Origin: Octopus vulgaris
Lineage: Eukaryota
Direction of reading: 5' to 3'
Assembly: GCA_951406725.2 (NCBI GenBank)
Contig: OX597832.1
Coordinates: 41,478,001-41,542,000, forward strand
Length of the DNA stretch: 64,000 nt
The translations under genes and the position numbers were made by a program. The notes under the pieces were generated by a model. The model made no database searches. It was not told where the DNA came from and worked only from the letters and a program-made list of their open reading frames with translations. This document shows positions 14,198 through 26,984 of the stretch, piece after piece (position 1 is the first letter of the stretch; each line of letters starts with the position of its first letter).

Positions 14198-14554
14198 TGG
14201 GTATATGTATGGATGTGTGTGTGTGTGTGTGTGTGTATGGTAAGCAGGGTTAGCGGTTATAATAACCGACTAAGGAATAAAATATCTGTATATACTATCG
14301 GTATTAGTTACCCATGTTATCTCTGGGCATAGGTATGCAGGTACACTATGCTCAGAGAGAGAAATAGAGGTGTGCCGCTAGCATGGCGGCATGCGGTCCA
14401 ATTGATTTGTTTGTTGATCTGAAGTTTTCTCCATTTTCTGATTATCTTTATATATGCATATATATATATATATGTATGTATGAGGGGTAGTGTGCGAAGC
14501 GCATTGTGACCAGCGATGTCTAGCAACATCTGAGAGCCTGGTCGGTCATGTGAT

Positions 14555-14594
<40 letters not shown>

Positions 14595-14650
14595 ACTGCT
14601 ACTTTTTAAAAAAAGTGGACTGCTTTAGGACTTATATATATGTATAAATA

Positions 14651-14684
<34 letters not shown>

Positions 14685-17600
14685 CATATATGTGTATATA
14701 TATATGTGTGTGTGTGTTAATATATATATGTGTGTGTGTGTGTGTTAATATATATATATATGTGTGTGTGTGTGTATATATAAACAATATTCTTACATAT
14801 TTGTAAATTTAATATTCAAAACCTAACAAGAAAATCAAGAGTAATGAAGTAATAAGTTTGACAAGTTACATACACACACACACATACACTTATATCTATT
14901 ACGACCAGCACCTCACAACTGGTTATTTGAATTAAGTGTTCTTGATCATCAAACTGAATACAAATCCCTTTGTATCTTGTTGGGTGATTGGAAATGTGAA
15001 ATTTGAATAACTGAATGCGAGGTGCTAGCTCTGACAACAACCACAAACAAATCACTCCTTCACACCGACTTCTGTTTTGAACATCTTGTTTGTATCTTTG
15101 TATGATAAACACAAGCACAAATACACCATACATCATTGTAATATACGTACATTTTTCCATGCTTGCAATGGTTAGATGGAATTCACGTGAGGAAGGTACT
15201 CTATGGTTGGTGTCCCTCCTATTGCTAACCCGCACCTGCTTTGAAACCACAGAAGATTGGAAATGAATGGCACCGTTTGTATGACAGTGATGTTCAGCGA
15301 CATCTGTTGCACGATGTCAAGACAACGAGACACAAACAACAGACATACACAAATATACACAACATCATCATCGTTTAACATCTGTATTCCATGCTGACAT
15401 AAGTTGGATATGACTACCCAGAGGACTGCATTGAGCTCCAGTGTCTGCTTCGGCAAGGTTTCTATGGCTGGATGCCCTTCTTATTACCAGCCACTTTACA
15501 GAGATGGGGGTGCAAGGTGGCTTTGTGCCAGGTGTCAAGAGGCTAAAGTATGATAGAGGAACACACACAGGTGTCTAGCTGTAGAGCAGGAAAGGAGCTC
15601 CTATAATGCTTTATGAAATTTAGTTGAGTATATGCTCTGAAATGGTACAAAATTAATAATAAAAGCATTACAGCCTCATGACATTGAAGCACAAATTCAA
15701 ATTGGTTGCAGCAAAGGAAACAACACTTATTTCTCAGATATCTCTAATAATAACAGTGATACCATTTTGGTTTAAGCACTAACAAATTCCTGCAAAAATT
15801 ATGTTTTGCCATATTGATAAAAAAATCGCTGAATTTACAAGAAGACTGCTTCTGTTGTGCAATTAAAAGAAGACTGCTTCTCTTGTGGTTAACTTTATAT
15901 AAGATGTGCTAGACAAGGAAATGACAACAATCTTTCTGTGTACTTCTCTTTGCAGAAAACATGGAATGCTTTATATACAGAAGCATGGTAATATCTAATT
16001 TCAAAAAAAAAATCTTTGATAAAATGCTTGTAAATTTCTCATTTCTCAGTTTTTGTCTATTTACCGAATAATTTGCTGAAAAATATCATTTTAATTTGGT
16101 GATCTAATTCTTCATCCATGCTATTCGATGTGACTAACCTCATCGTTGTCAGCAGTCTGTCATAGGTCAAAGTTGACTGTTCTCTTCAAATTAACAAAAT
16201 GCCTTGGACAGTGAGTAAAGAAGTTGGCATCATCTCTCCCACCACACCAGACTACCTCTCTGGGCTTCCAAGCCAGGTACTATGCAATATAAAAGAGTGC
16301 AATGAGTATGGGAGGCTTTCTAGTTGGTGCCTAACTATTGTCTGATGGTACAGGTCTTCTCTGCTTCGCAGTAATAACCTTCAAGCTGTTGGTCTAGGAC
16401 TGCTCTGCCTTGACAGTTATCCAACATTCTGCTGCCAATGTCTTCACCGTATCCCTGGCATGGGAGGCTAAGGGGTTGCTACCACTTGTCCAAGGTGCCA
16501 CCTTAGCCTACAGATGGAAGGGGCAACTTACTCTCCTTTTTATGGACTGCTACTGATGTGGTATACCTTACCATACAGTAATGTAACTAACCTAGTATAT
16601 ATATCTATATCTATATCTATCTATCTATCTATCTATCTATATATATATATATCATCATCATCATCATCATCGTTTAACATCCATTTTCCATGCTAGCATG
16701 GGTTGGACGGTTCAACTGGGGTCTGGGAAGCCAGAAGGCTGCGCCAGGCCCAGTCTGATCTGGCAGTGTTTCTACAGCTGGATGCCCTTCCTAATGCCAA
16801 CCACTCCGTGAGTGTAGTGGGTGCTTTTTACGTGCCACCTGCACAGGTGCCAGACTAGGCTGGCAGACGGCCATGATCGGATGGTGCTTTTTACGTGCCA
16901 CTGGCACGGGGGCCAGATGAGGCTGGCAACGGCCACAATCGGACGGTGCTTTTTACGTGCCACCGGCATGGAGATAAGTATGTGTGTGTGAGAGAGAGAT
17001 TGTATTTTCCTTTGTCTTCAAGAGTGTTTACTGAATGTAAACTGCCTCACTGCCAATACAAACAAATGTCCTTTGCTTACAGACAACTATGAAAGCATGT
17101 CTGGGTTTCTTAACATATCTTGAAATGCATAGTTTTTATAACCAAAAAGGCTCATTCAAACAGTGTTGTCTGTTTCCATATATATATAACTACAACCAGG
17201 CTGTTCGTTGTCTGATAGACCAGGGCATTATCACCTTGCTTGAAAGCAGGTGAGGACTGGCAACAGGAAGTTTGGGTTTAAAAACTGTGCCTCAACACAT
17301 TCCATCTGACCCATGCAAGCGTCAAAAATGAACGTTAAAACAATCTTGATACACATGTGTACACACACACACACACACTCACACACATACACACACACAT
17401 GGTGGGAGATGTATGAATGTAATTAAATACTGCAAGGCATTTTGTCTGGTGATCACTACCAATTCTGTTACCCCAGTAATGCCACAAGTGCATGATTTAT
17501 GACATAGTGAATAATGTTAGCATGAAAACAAAGTTAAAAGATAACAAAAGGAAAAGAAAAATCTAGTTGAAGCAAGCAAAATATGAATAAAATACAATTC

Positions 17601-18186
17601 ACCAAGTAGCATCCCATATTAAATTTCAGTTATTTTCCATAAAATTTTAATTACATTTTCCTCCATCAGATACATTTCAATTATTTTAGTGTTTTACTAA
17701 ATAAGGGCTTAGTCCTTTATATTACTTTTCAGGGGTCTTCTGCCTTTAACATGATCTTTTGCATTAAATTTTGTGCATCATTAAACCTTTCCTACCTAGT
17801 TCATAATATTTTCAGCCCTTTCTAGATTGATGTTGCAATCATACATCAAAAGTCAACAGTATTAAACCAAGTTATTAATAAATCATTTCTGATTGTCATT
17901 AAATACAGAACTGGCTTCTTTAGTTTCACATTCAATGGTTTCGAAGAGAAAGTCTAGCGTGAATCAATGAATGTTTCCCAACTGTTGTATCTTGTGTATG
18001 TGCAAACTAATTTCAGTGTATATGGTGGTGAGCAAGAAGTATTGTTAGCACACCAGGCAAAATTCTTGGTGGTATTTCGCCTGTTTTTATGTTCTGACTT
18101 CAAATTCTACTGAGGTCAACTTTACCTTCCATCATTTTTGGGGTCAATAAAAAAAGTACCAGCTGAGTACTGGGGGTGGGGTGGGG

Positions 18187-18447
18187 TGTAATCAAGCTAC
18201 CTTGGAATTACTGGTCTTGTGTGAAAACTTGAGATCAATCATCATCATCATCATCATCCTTTAACGTCTACTTTCCATGCTGGCATGGGTTGGATGATTT
18301 GACTGAGGACTGGTTCGCCAGTCCTCAGTCAAATCGTCCAACCCATGCCAGCATGGAAAGCAGACGTTAAAGGATGATGATGATGATGATGATGATTGAT
18401 CTCAAGTTTTCACACAAGACCAGTAATTCCAAAGTAGCTTGATTACA
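18187..18447. repeat. Near-perfect fold-back (127/130-bp arms, TTCG loop) made of SINE sequence
   Basis: Arms differ by about 3 substitutions and one ATC unit; loop at 18314-18317. Confidence 0.9.
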
Positions 18448-19166
18448 TCAACCCCTAGTACCCTATTAAAAAAAGAAAAAGAAAAAAAAGACAGACAGAC
18501 AGAAAGAAAGAATGAAATCCTTGGTTAATACTTCTTAATATTGGTTGTTACTAAAATACCTATAGCTCTGCTGCAAGAAATATGCTTTTGGACTAAATTT
18601 ATCACATTGCTTTTGTTGCCATGTTGCAACCGCTCTCTACAATTGTTTCCAATCCTTTTATATACACTATTTTGTTCTTGACATGATGATTGGTTTGTTA
18701 CTTAGAGCCACAGTGTAGCAGGACACTTTATACTCCTTATGTAACCTTCTGGCATTCATATTACTCTATGAAATGTAATGCTTATTTATTTATTTATTCA
18801 TATTGTTTTGAATTAATCATGCATTATCTCAAGGATTCAAAATTTTAATGATGTGACATTGTATTCTTAGAATGACATTACAGGGTAAGTGTAGGAGACT
18901 GGATCTGGCTGTTCTCAACACAGAACAAGTAGAATATTGGGGCCATATATTGCCAGTTTAAATTCTAAGGGGTTAAATATTACATAATGTCCAATACAAC
19001 AGGTACACCACCTCAATGCTTATGTTAAGAAATAACAATCAATGAATCAAATACTTAGATTTTTGATGTGTAGTTATATTAGAAATTATAAGCACCAATA
19101 AGTGTGTGTGTGTGAGTATGAGAGAGAGAGAGATAGAGATAGAGAGAGAAAGAGAGAGATAGATAG

Positions 19167-19198
<32 letters not shown>

Positions 19199-20450
19199 TT
19201 AAAATTACTATTATATTTCTATATCATAGTGAAAGATTTTTGTTTCAGATTTTCCCAGGAATTATTTAGGGTTTCAGAATTGCTCCCTTTTATGTTTGTA
19301 TTCACAGACAAATGGAAGAGCAAAGAGGAGAGCTACAAAAGAAAACCAATCATGCATGTTTACTTAACAAAACACAACAATATAGGAAGAGAGATAAAAG
19401 CGGTTACATCAATAGCAACAACAATTGCACAGTAGCAACAGCATTAGGCAATATAGCTACAATGATGATGGTACCAGTAGCAGAGATAACAGCATTGTTA
19501 ATAATGGCCAATAGCCAGAGCCAAAACCAAAGCAACAACGACAGCATTAGTAACAGAAATAGCAATATCATTATCAATAGCAACGTTGTTATCAACAGTC
19601 AATAGCAACAGTAATAACCAAAGCAATGATAGGATCAGTGGTGAAAATAGCAACAGTAGCATCAAATGGTAACATTGTCTTGAACAATGATTAGCAAAAA
19701 GGAATAGCCATAACAACGGCAACAACAGTTACAATCAATTTTTGCTATCAATTTAAACATAAATAGCAACAAGAGATGCAAGTTTGATGTGAGAAAAAGT
19801 TACAACAATGAAAGTAGTTCCGTAAAAAATACATTCAAATTGAAATAAAACCTAAAGAGCACAAGAGACTGTGAGAATGATCGGTGATGGGCATGGACGG
19901 CAGGCAATTTAAATCTTTGTGTCAGAGTGGGTGACAGTGATACAAGGTAGATTTCATAAGGTTTGCTTTTAAAAAGCTTGAATAATTACAGTGGGATGCT
20001 TAGGAGAGGATGCAAACATTCAGGTAAGGTCAGGTCAGGTCATTTAGACTAGATACAACATTTTACCTTAACTCTGACCAGTGTTAGAGACCCTGATATA
20101 AGTCACTGGATGCTGCTCTCCCTCTAACATCATTGGTAAATAAAAAAAAAAAATTGACGGTTGCAACCCCATTGCACAGAATCTTTTCTTCTACAATAGC
20201 CCTGGGTCGACCAATGCCTTATCAGTCAGTTTGATAGACAGGAATTATACAAAGCTTGCTTTCATGTATGTATACACACACATATTAGGCATGCCAGTGC
20301 TATATATATATATATATATATATACACGCACACACATATACGTAAATATATCTACATATACATATATAAATATATACATATATGTATATATATATATATA
20401 TATACCTATACTTACTTGGAAATGGATGCATGGCATTCAATCAAATAATA

Positions 20451-20509
<59 letters not shown>

Positions 20510-21069
20510 GGTACAGGATGTCACCAAAAGTAAACAACATGAAATATGAAAGCAACAAGAGAAACAAATGTAAAACAGGACAGGCAACACAAAGAACGCC
20601 CCTTCATCAGTTGTCGGCTGTCTACTCCTCATTTCGAGCATTGAACGACAATATGAGTTTTTGAAGACAGTTGCTCCCATAAATACCAAAATAAAATTTT
20701 GGATTTATGAAGGGTCATAGTTGGGAACAAAGACAGGACAGTGGAGACATACAAGGAAACCCAACGAAAACAAAAATGAAGGCTCGTTAGCCCAGAATGA
20801 GGATAAAATAGTGAATACTGGAGAAATATTTTCTCTGAAAAGAGAAAAGATAGAAGAGAGAGGTAGAATATGTCCAGTCCTTAGGATAGTCCTGAAGGAA
20901 AAGAAAGATGATTATACAAAATATTCTATAATTATATACATATTATAATTGTTTGTATAATTATGGAATATTTTGTATAATATATCCAGATATACACATA
21001 CATATATATATGCACACACACACATATATACATACATATATATACATACACATATATACATGCATACAT

Positions 21070-21100
<31 letters not shown>

Positions 21101-21329
21101 CACACATACACATATATACATACATACATACACACATGTATATATACATATATATAGCAATAATAAATCTCTCAACGAGGTATAGACAGTAACTGCACGA
21201 CAATGTGAAATATATTTGCCATCTAAATATGGCTAACCACTAAGGGTGGATGCTACTGTAGCTTGTAGCCCCAGGAGAATATCTTCTCCAGTTGGTTATT
21301 GACACACTTTCTGTGCCCCATCGGCATTT

Positions 21330-21474
21330 GCAAAGGGAAGCCATCCTTCCCATCGTCAACCTACGTGATACGCACGGACTCAAGTTGTCGTGCACTGATG
21401 ATAGGTCAATACCCAGAAACTCAAGTCCGTGCGTATCACGTAGGTTGACGATGGGAAGGATGGCTTCCCTTTGC
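21330..21474 (+). ncRNA. 51-bp perfect inverted repeat with a hammerhead-like motif in and beside the loop
   Basis: Arms 21330-21380 and 21424-21474. cgtgca CTGATGA taggt caat accca GAA ACTCAAGT C cgtgcg. Confidence 0.6.
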
Positions 21475-21479
21475 TTGAT

Positions 21480-21990
21480 CATCAACTTGAAAAAAAACCC
21501 AGTTGTAATGCTTCAACCTGCATGTGGTGCTGTTTGTAACCCTTCTAAAACTTTTGTTATGGGTAAGTTACTTGAGGTTGTCGATTCGTTCATCTACTTT
21601 GGAAGCTCTGTACAAAAGGATGGAAATCTTGATACAGAAATACAGCTGTGAATTCACGGGGCAGCAAAAGCATTTGGTAGTTTGGAGCCACATGTCTGGT
21701 GTCAGTAACATATAAATAAGAATAAAAAACTGGCTCTTTACAAATCCTTTGTCTTATCTTTCCTGTTGCATTCTTGTGTAACATGGACTTGTTATGAAAG
21801 GCATTTATAATTGATGAAACAATTCTACCAAAAATGCCTTCATCACATTTTAAACATTAAATGGAGTTCTCTTACTCCAAACACAGATGTCCTTGCATCT
21901 GCAGGCATCACCTCAATTAAAGCTATGATTTTGAGGAACCAAGTGAGATGGTGTGGCCATTTTGTTCGAATGGTGAATGAACACATCTAT
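21480..21990 (+). mobile_element. Decayed RTE-clade LINE, reverse transcriptase C-terminal region
   Basis: LEVVDSFIYFGS...LDTEI, AAKAFG, KCLHHILNIKW, NTDVL, QVRWCGHFVRM, with stops and frameshifts. Confidence 0.85.
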
Positions 21991-22196
21991 AAATTAGAAA
22001 ATTACTATTTTTAAATCTCACAACGAGAGATATTCAGTAACAGTACTTTGGAGTAAAGATTTTTGCCATCATAACATGGCAGTCCTGGTTTAGGACGAAC
22101 GTTGCTGTAACTTATAGATCAGTGATTAGTTGTCATTTTGAAAACTATATAGTTCGAACAGGAATTTAGCAGTGCCACCTCAAGCTGAACAGTTAT

Positions 22197-22241
22197 TCTG
22201 TGCTGATGAAGGGAAATAACCCGGAAATCCCAATACACAGA
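22197..22241 (+). ncRNA. Type I minimal hammerhead-ribozyme-like motif
   Basis: tctgtg CTGATGA aggg aaataa cccg GAA AT ccca AT A cacaga. 6-bp stem I that extends into flanking complementarity. Confidence 0.6.
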
Positions 22242-22379
22242 TATTGTTTTGAGCTGAGTGGGAGTGCTACATTCTCTTGTTCAAAAATATAAGGAGACAG
22301 ATCTTGTTGTATAGCCAGCTGCAGATGATGTCTCTTGAGGCTAAATTACAGCAACATTTGTCCTGAACCAGGATAGGAG

Positions 22380-23210
22380 GTGTTCTCACCAAACTGGAAC
22401 AACACACCAATGTATTTCTATTGGGTGACTTTAACCTCCCCAATGTGGGATGGCCTGGGGGCCATATTCTCCTAGGAATGACACACCAACAGCAAGCACA
22501 GGCAGAGTCTCTGCTCCACCTTACTAATGTTTCTTTAATGGAGCAAATTGTGCTACAACTAACCAGGGCAAATAATATACTGGATCTCTGCTTCACAAAC
22601 AAGTTGGACATTATCCATAATGTTAAAGTTACTCTGACACTGCTTTCAGATCACAACATAACAGAGCTGTCTGTGTATGGACCACAACCTCCTGCAGACA
22701 CACAGCCTATACGAAGCATCTAAAATCTCTCCAAACTAAATTTTCGTAAAGCAAATTGGAAGTTGATTGAGAAACAGATCCTCAGGCAAGATTGGCCTAA
22801 ATGTCTCTCCACACCAGACATTGACATGAAACGCAAACATTTCATGTCCATAATACAAGCCATATGTGATAAATCTGTCCTATTGTACAAGGCCAACATA
22901 CACAAAAATAGGATTCCTAGAGAAAGGAAGATTCTTATGAGACGACAAAGATTGCAAACTGCCTGAGCAAGCAACTCAAAAGTGGTGAGAAGTCTTGCCT
23001 GGAGACAGCACCATTGGAGATTGAGAAAAATCGGCTTCAGTCTCATGAAAAGGCGAGAGCAGCTAAAGAAGCTTGGATTATAGAAAATATCAAGTCAAAC
23101 CCTAAAGCTTTCTTTAAGTTTGCCAAAGTAACAGCCTCAATATGCCACAAGATAGGACCACTCTCCCAAAATGATGGCTCCCTCACAGGAAACCCCATGA
23201 GGATATTAAA
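22380..23210 (+). mobile_element. Decayed CR1/L2-type LINE ORF2 fragment (APE endonuclease end and linker)
   Basis: GDFNLP, TRANNILDLCFTN, LSDHN, NIKSNPKAFFKFAK. Confidence 0.85.
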
Positions 23211-23387
23211 ATGATATGTATTTTTCTAACCTATACAAGAATGCAAATAAAATAAAAAATGATGCCCTGTCCAAATGATTGAATGAATAAATGTTTTGAC
23301 TATGGACAGATTTCAATAATGAAATCTGAACTGCTGACCACTTGCTTACTTGGTGGCCAGATGCCTTGTCAATTTAACCATTTATAG

Positions 23388-24298
23388 CAGTGGTGCTCAA
23401 CCAGGGTCCATATAAGAGTTTTGGGGTCCATGCAAGCAAACAGTAAATTGGGGATCCACAATAGTCCTCCACAACACTGATATCAAGAAATCCTCTTGCG
23501 AGCGTGACCTAGGCATCACTGTCAGCAGTGATTTGCGTTGGACAAAGCATATCTCTAAAATTGTCAAGAAGGCCGAGGGTGCCTTGGCATCACCCAGCAG
23601 GACTTTTGTTAGCTGCTCTCCAGCCATCTATTTAAAACTGTATACAGCTATGGTACGACCACACTTGGAATTCGCATCATCAGTTTGGAATCCCTATCTT
23701 GCTCAGAACATTGACCTCCTGGAATCTGTCCAGAGACGTGCAACCAAACGCATACCCTCCATCAGACACCTACCATATTCTGAGCGCCTTGTTTCCCTGG
23801 GCATGGATTCACTGAAGCTCCGGCGTCTGGCGACGGACTTGGTAGACACCCACAAAGTTGTCAACCACCTCACCAACAACAACACTGAACACCTTTTTGA
23901 TCTCCATGTGTCTAACACACGTGGACATGCCTACAAAGTCAGAAAACAACACAGCTCGAAATCCGTCGAAACTACACCTGATTATATATACACTTTCGAT
24001 GAGCTGTAGTGCACCTGAGCACTGTACACAATGTTTATTATTATTATTATTATTATTTTAATAGTACTTGAAGGACCCCTGAAAAAATTATGCTTCAGAT
24101 GTATGTATTGATATGTATTGCAAGAAACAGCTAGGTTCCTTTCTCTAACATTTTACATAGTTCAACCTACACAAGTCAATGTGTGAAAAACAAAATAAGA
24201 ATTTTGGAAGTTTCTAAACATCAAATGGCTATGGGGGTCCACCTGAATAAATTAGTAATCAAAGGGGTCAATAGATACAAAAAGGTTGAGAACCCCTG
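23388..24298. mobile_element. hAT/Charlie-like MITE interrupted by the CR1 insertion
   Basis: TIRs cagtggtgctcaacc / ggttgagaacccctg; 8-bp TSD atttatag / atctatag. Confidence 0.75.
23466..24059 (+). mobile_element. 5'-truncated CR1-type LINE with (TTA)n tail and AATAGT TSD
   Basis: ERDLGITV, LYTAMVRPHLEFASSVWNPY, LESVQRRATK; aatagt at 23460-23465 and 24060-24065. Confidence 0.9.
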
Positions 24299-25217
24299 AT
24301 CTATAGCTTTCACATGATACCACAGCTTACTCTATAGCTATCTATAAAACATACTTTATGTATGCCTACTACTGTTTGATAGGTTAGTTACTTCAGTATT
24401 TGTCCTGTTGTTTGAGCATGTGGCTGGCTAGAAGTACTTGCCACTGAAAAGGCCTAAAAGGGACGAAATGCATCCAATGTACTTGCTGGCCACTGCTGGC
24501 AGGAATTTTTATCTTGTTCTGATATATATTGTGTTTTTAACACAGCAAATCCATAAAAGATGTTATCTTAGGCTAAATACTGCAGTAACTAGCCTATCAA
24601 CTGAGTATATACTATGTATGATACATGGATGGTTATTTTACTTACACGCTGCCTGAATTGTGTATACTGGATATAAAGTTTATATATTTCTCGGCACAAC
24701 TCATTTTTTTTTATTACAAAGGCACAGTCTTAGTGATATAAGCAAAGAAAAGCTGTCTCGACTGAGAATGGAACCAGATGGCAGATTTGGATTTGATTCC
24801 CTGAGAAACTATTACTGCTACTGCTGCCCTCACCACAACATTAACAATAATAACGACAACATTGATATAAAACAGTATCTGTAAATATTATCAAGAATAT
24901 AAAAAAAAAAATCTCAAAAAAAAAAAAAAAAGAAAAAGAAAAATTGAATATTCAAAGAAATCAAACACACACACAAATCAACCAAAAATAAATCTCTAAA
25001 ACAAAAAACAAAAAAACAAAAAAAAATCCAATACCGAAACAATAACAACACCAAGTACAACAACAGTAATAACTATAAAAAAAAATTAGTTCTATGCTGA
25101 CACCAAAGACAGAAGCTGAATGAATGATTAATTAGCAAAATAACGACAATGGAAATGCAATGACAAAAGTGCTGTGAGTAGTAGATCTGAGTCTGTGTGC
25201 GTGTGTGTCTGACTCAC

Positions 25218-25272
25218 CAGTTCCGGGTTTGTTTCTGTTGACGCTGATAAACTGTACATTCCAGATTTTTGC
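25218..25272 (-). CDS. SLC16/MCT transporter coding exon 6 (MQKSGMYSLSASTETNPEL)
   Basis: 55 nt, ctaacag acceptor, CTG|GTGAGT donor. Phase 2-0 fits both neighbours. No family motif in this part. Confidence 0.68.
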
Positions 25273-25302
25273 CTGTTAGTAATAGGAGAAAATATGTTCC
25301 CT

Positions 25303-26067
25303 TAAGCACTTGCATGATATTCCAATTAACAGGATTATCCAAGGAATTAAAATTTCAACATGCTGAGAGCAAAAGGTTTGCTATCAGACACAGGTATAGG
25401 TGTGGGATTAAGAATTCTTACTATAATATAATATCCTGAAATTTGATATCCTTAATGGTTCAAATGGCAGTATTCTCAATCAATGAACATTCTGATATCT
25501 TTAATGCCAAATGGTAATGTCCTTAATAAACATATAAATATCTTACAAATGGCAGTGTTCTCAGTAACCCTGATGATGATCTCGTTAATTAAATGCTGAT
25601 TTAATACTTTAACCCTTTAGTGTTTGCATTATTCTACCAAAATTAATGCTTCTTCATCCACTTTGTTTTGAACTAATCATTCATTAATCTTGAAGCTATG
25701 AGATTTTGATGAGGTAACTGTTAATTTTTAAAATGATATTGTAGGGTTGGTGTGAGAGACCAGATCTGGCCAGTTCGGACATAAACAGGCAGAATACTTT
25801 TGGCCGGTTTAAATGCTAAAGGGTCAAGACTGGTGACATAGACTATGACGTGTGTCAGCAGTGACATGGTGTGGTATTTTAGGTGATATATGATGGACCT
25901 TGGAGGAAAAAAAAAAACCTTCCTTGCAATATCATGTTATGAAAAACTTATCCAATAAGCACTTGCATGATATTCCAATTAACAGGATTATCCAAGGAAT
26001 TAAAATTTCAACATGCTGAGAGCAAAAGGTTTGCTATCAGACACAGGTATAGGTGTGGGATTAAGAA
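25303..26067 (+). repeat. 112-bp identical direct duplication (25303-25414 and 25956-26067) around a 541-bp segment
   Basis: taagcacttgcatgatattcc...gtgtgggattaagaa occurs twice. Confidence 0.9.
25609..25827. mobile_element. piggyBac-like MITE, same family, opposite orientation
   Basis: ttaaccctttagtg...gctaaagggtcaa. Confidence 0.7.
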
Positions 26068-26189
26068 GCTCACTTTACAAACATGTGGTTTCAGGGTAGC
26101 ACCTTGGGCAAGTGTCTTCTACTATATCCCCAGGCTAACCAATGCCTCAGTGAATTTGGTAGACAGCAACCATGTTGAAACCCAAATAT

Positions 26190-26257
<68 letters not shown>

Positions 26258-26339
26258 ATATATGTGTATAGTTTTTTATATCGTTTCAGCCTGAGGGCTG
26301 TGGCCATGCTGGGGCACTGCCGTTTGCTTTGCTTTCACT

Positions 26340-26645
26340 AAACCTCCTCCGATGAAGTGAATGAGGGAGTTTGATGTTGCAGCCTTCATCTGTGTTTCTT
26401 GCCTTGGGGTAGGGTCATCCAGAACTCTTGGCAGAAAGAGATCCAGTTTTGTTTTGAAAATGCCTACATCCACACCATTCAGGCCCCTCAGGCTTTATGG
26501 GCGGATATTAAAGAGCTGTGGGATCTTGAAGCCCAAGCTGTTGCAGTATCTGGTCCTGTATCGTGATGCCAATGTTGGGATTTTTGGCACTATGCAGTGG
26601 CACCCTGTCCTGCTGTTTGTGTAACTGGCAATGCCAAAGTTTGGT
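26340..26645 (-). mobile_element. CR1-type LINE 3' fragment
   Basis: [41 protein letters not shown]...DDP. Confidence 0.7.
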
Positions 26646-26654
26646 ATACATATA

Positions 26655-26698
<44 letters not shown>

Positions 26699-26752
26699 AC
26701 ACACACACATATATATATATACACATATATATATACATATATATATATATAC

Positions 26753-26790
<38 letters not shown>

Positions 26791-26909
26791 ATATATACAT
26801 ACATATACATATATATATATACATACATACATATACATATATATACACATATATATATATACATACATATATATATATATACATACATATATACATCATA
26901 CATACATAT

Positions 26910-26940
<31 letters not shown>

Positions 26941-26946
26941 CATACA

Positions 26947-26984
<38 letters not shown>

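Noticed and set aside
19312-19830. Asn/Ser/Gln-rich ORFs
   Set aside because: Degenerate (AAC/AGC/AAT)n low-complexity DNA with no splice support.
21219-21290. HDV-like or twister ribozyme
   Set aside because: The nested pseudoknot and conserved catalytic nucleotides could not be assembled on either strand.
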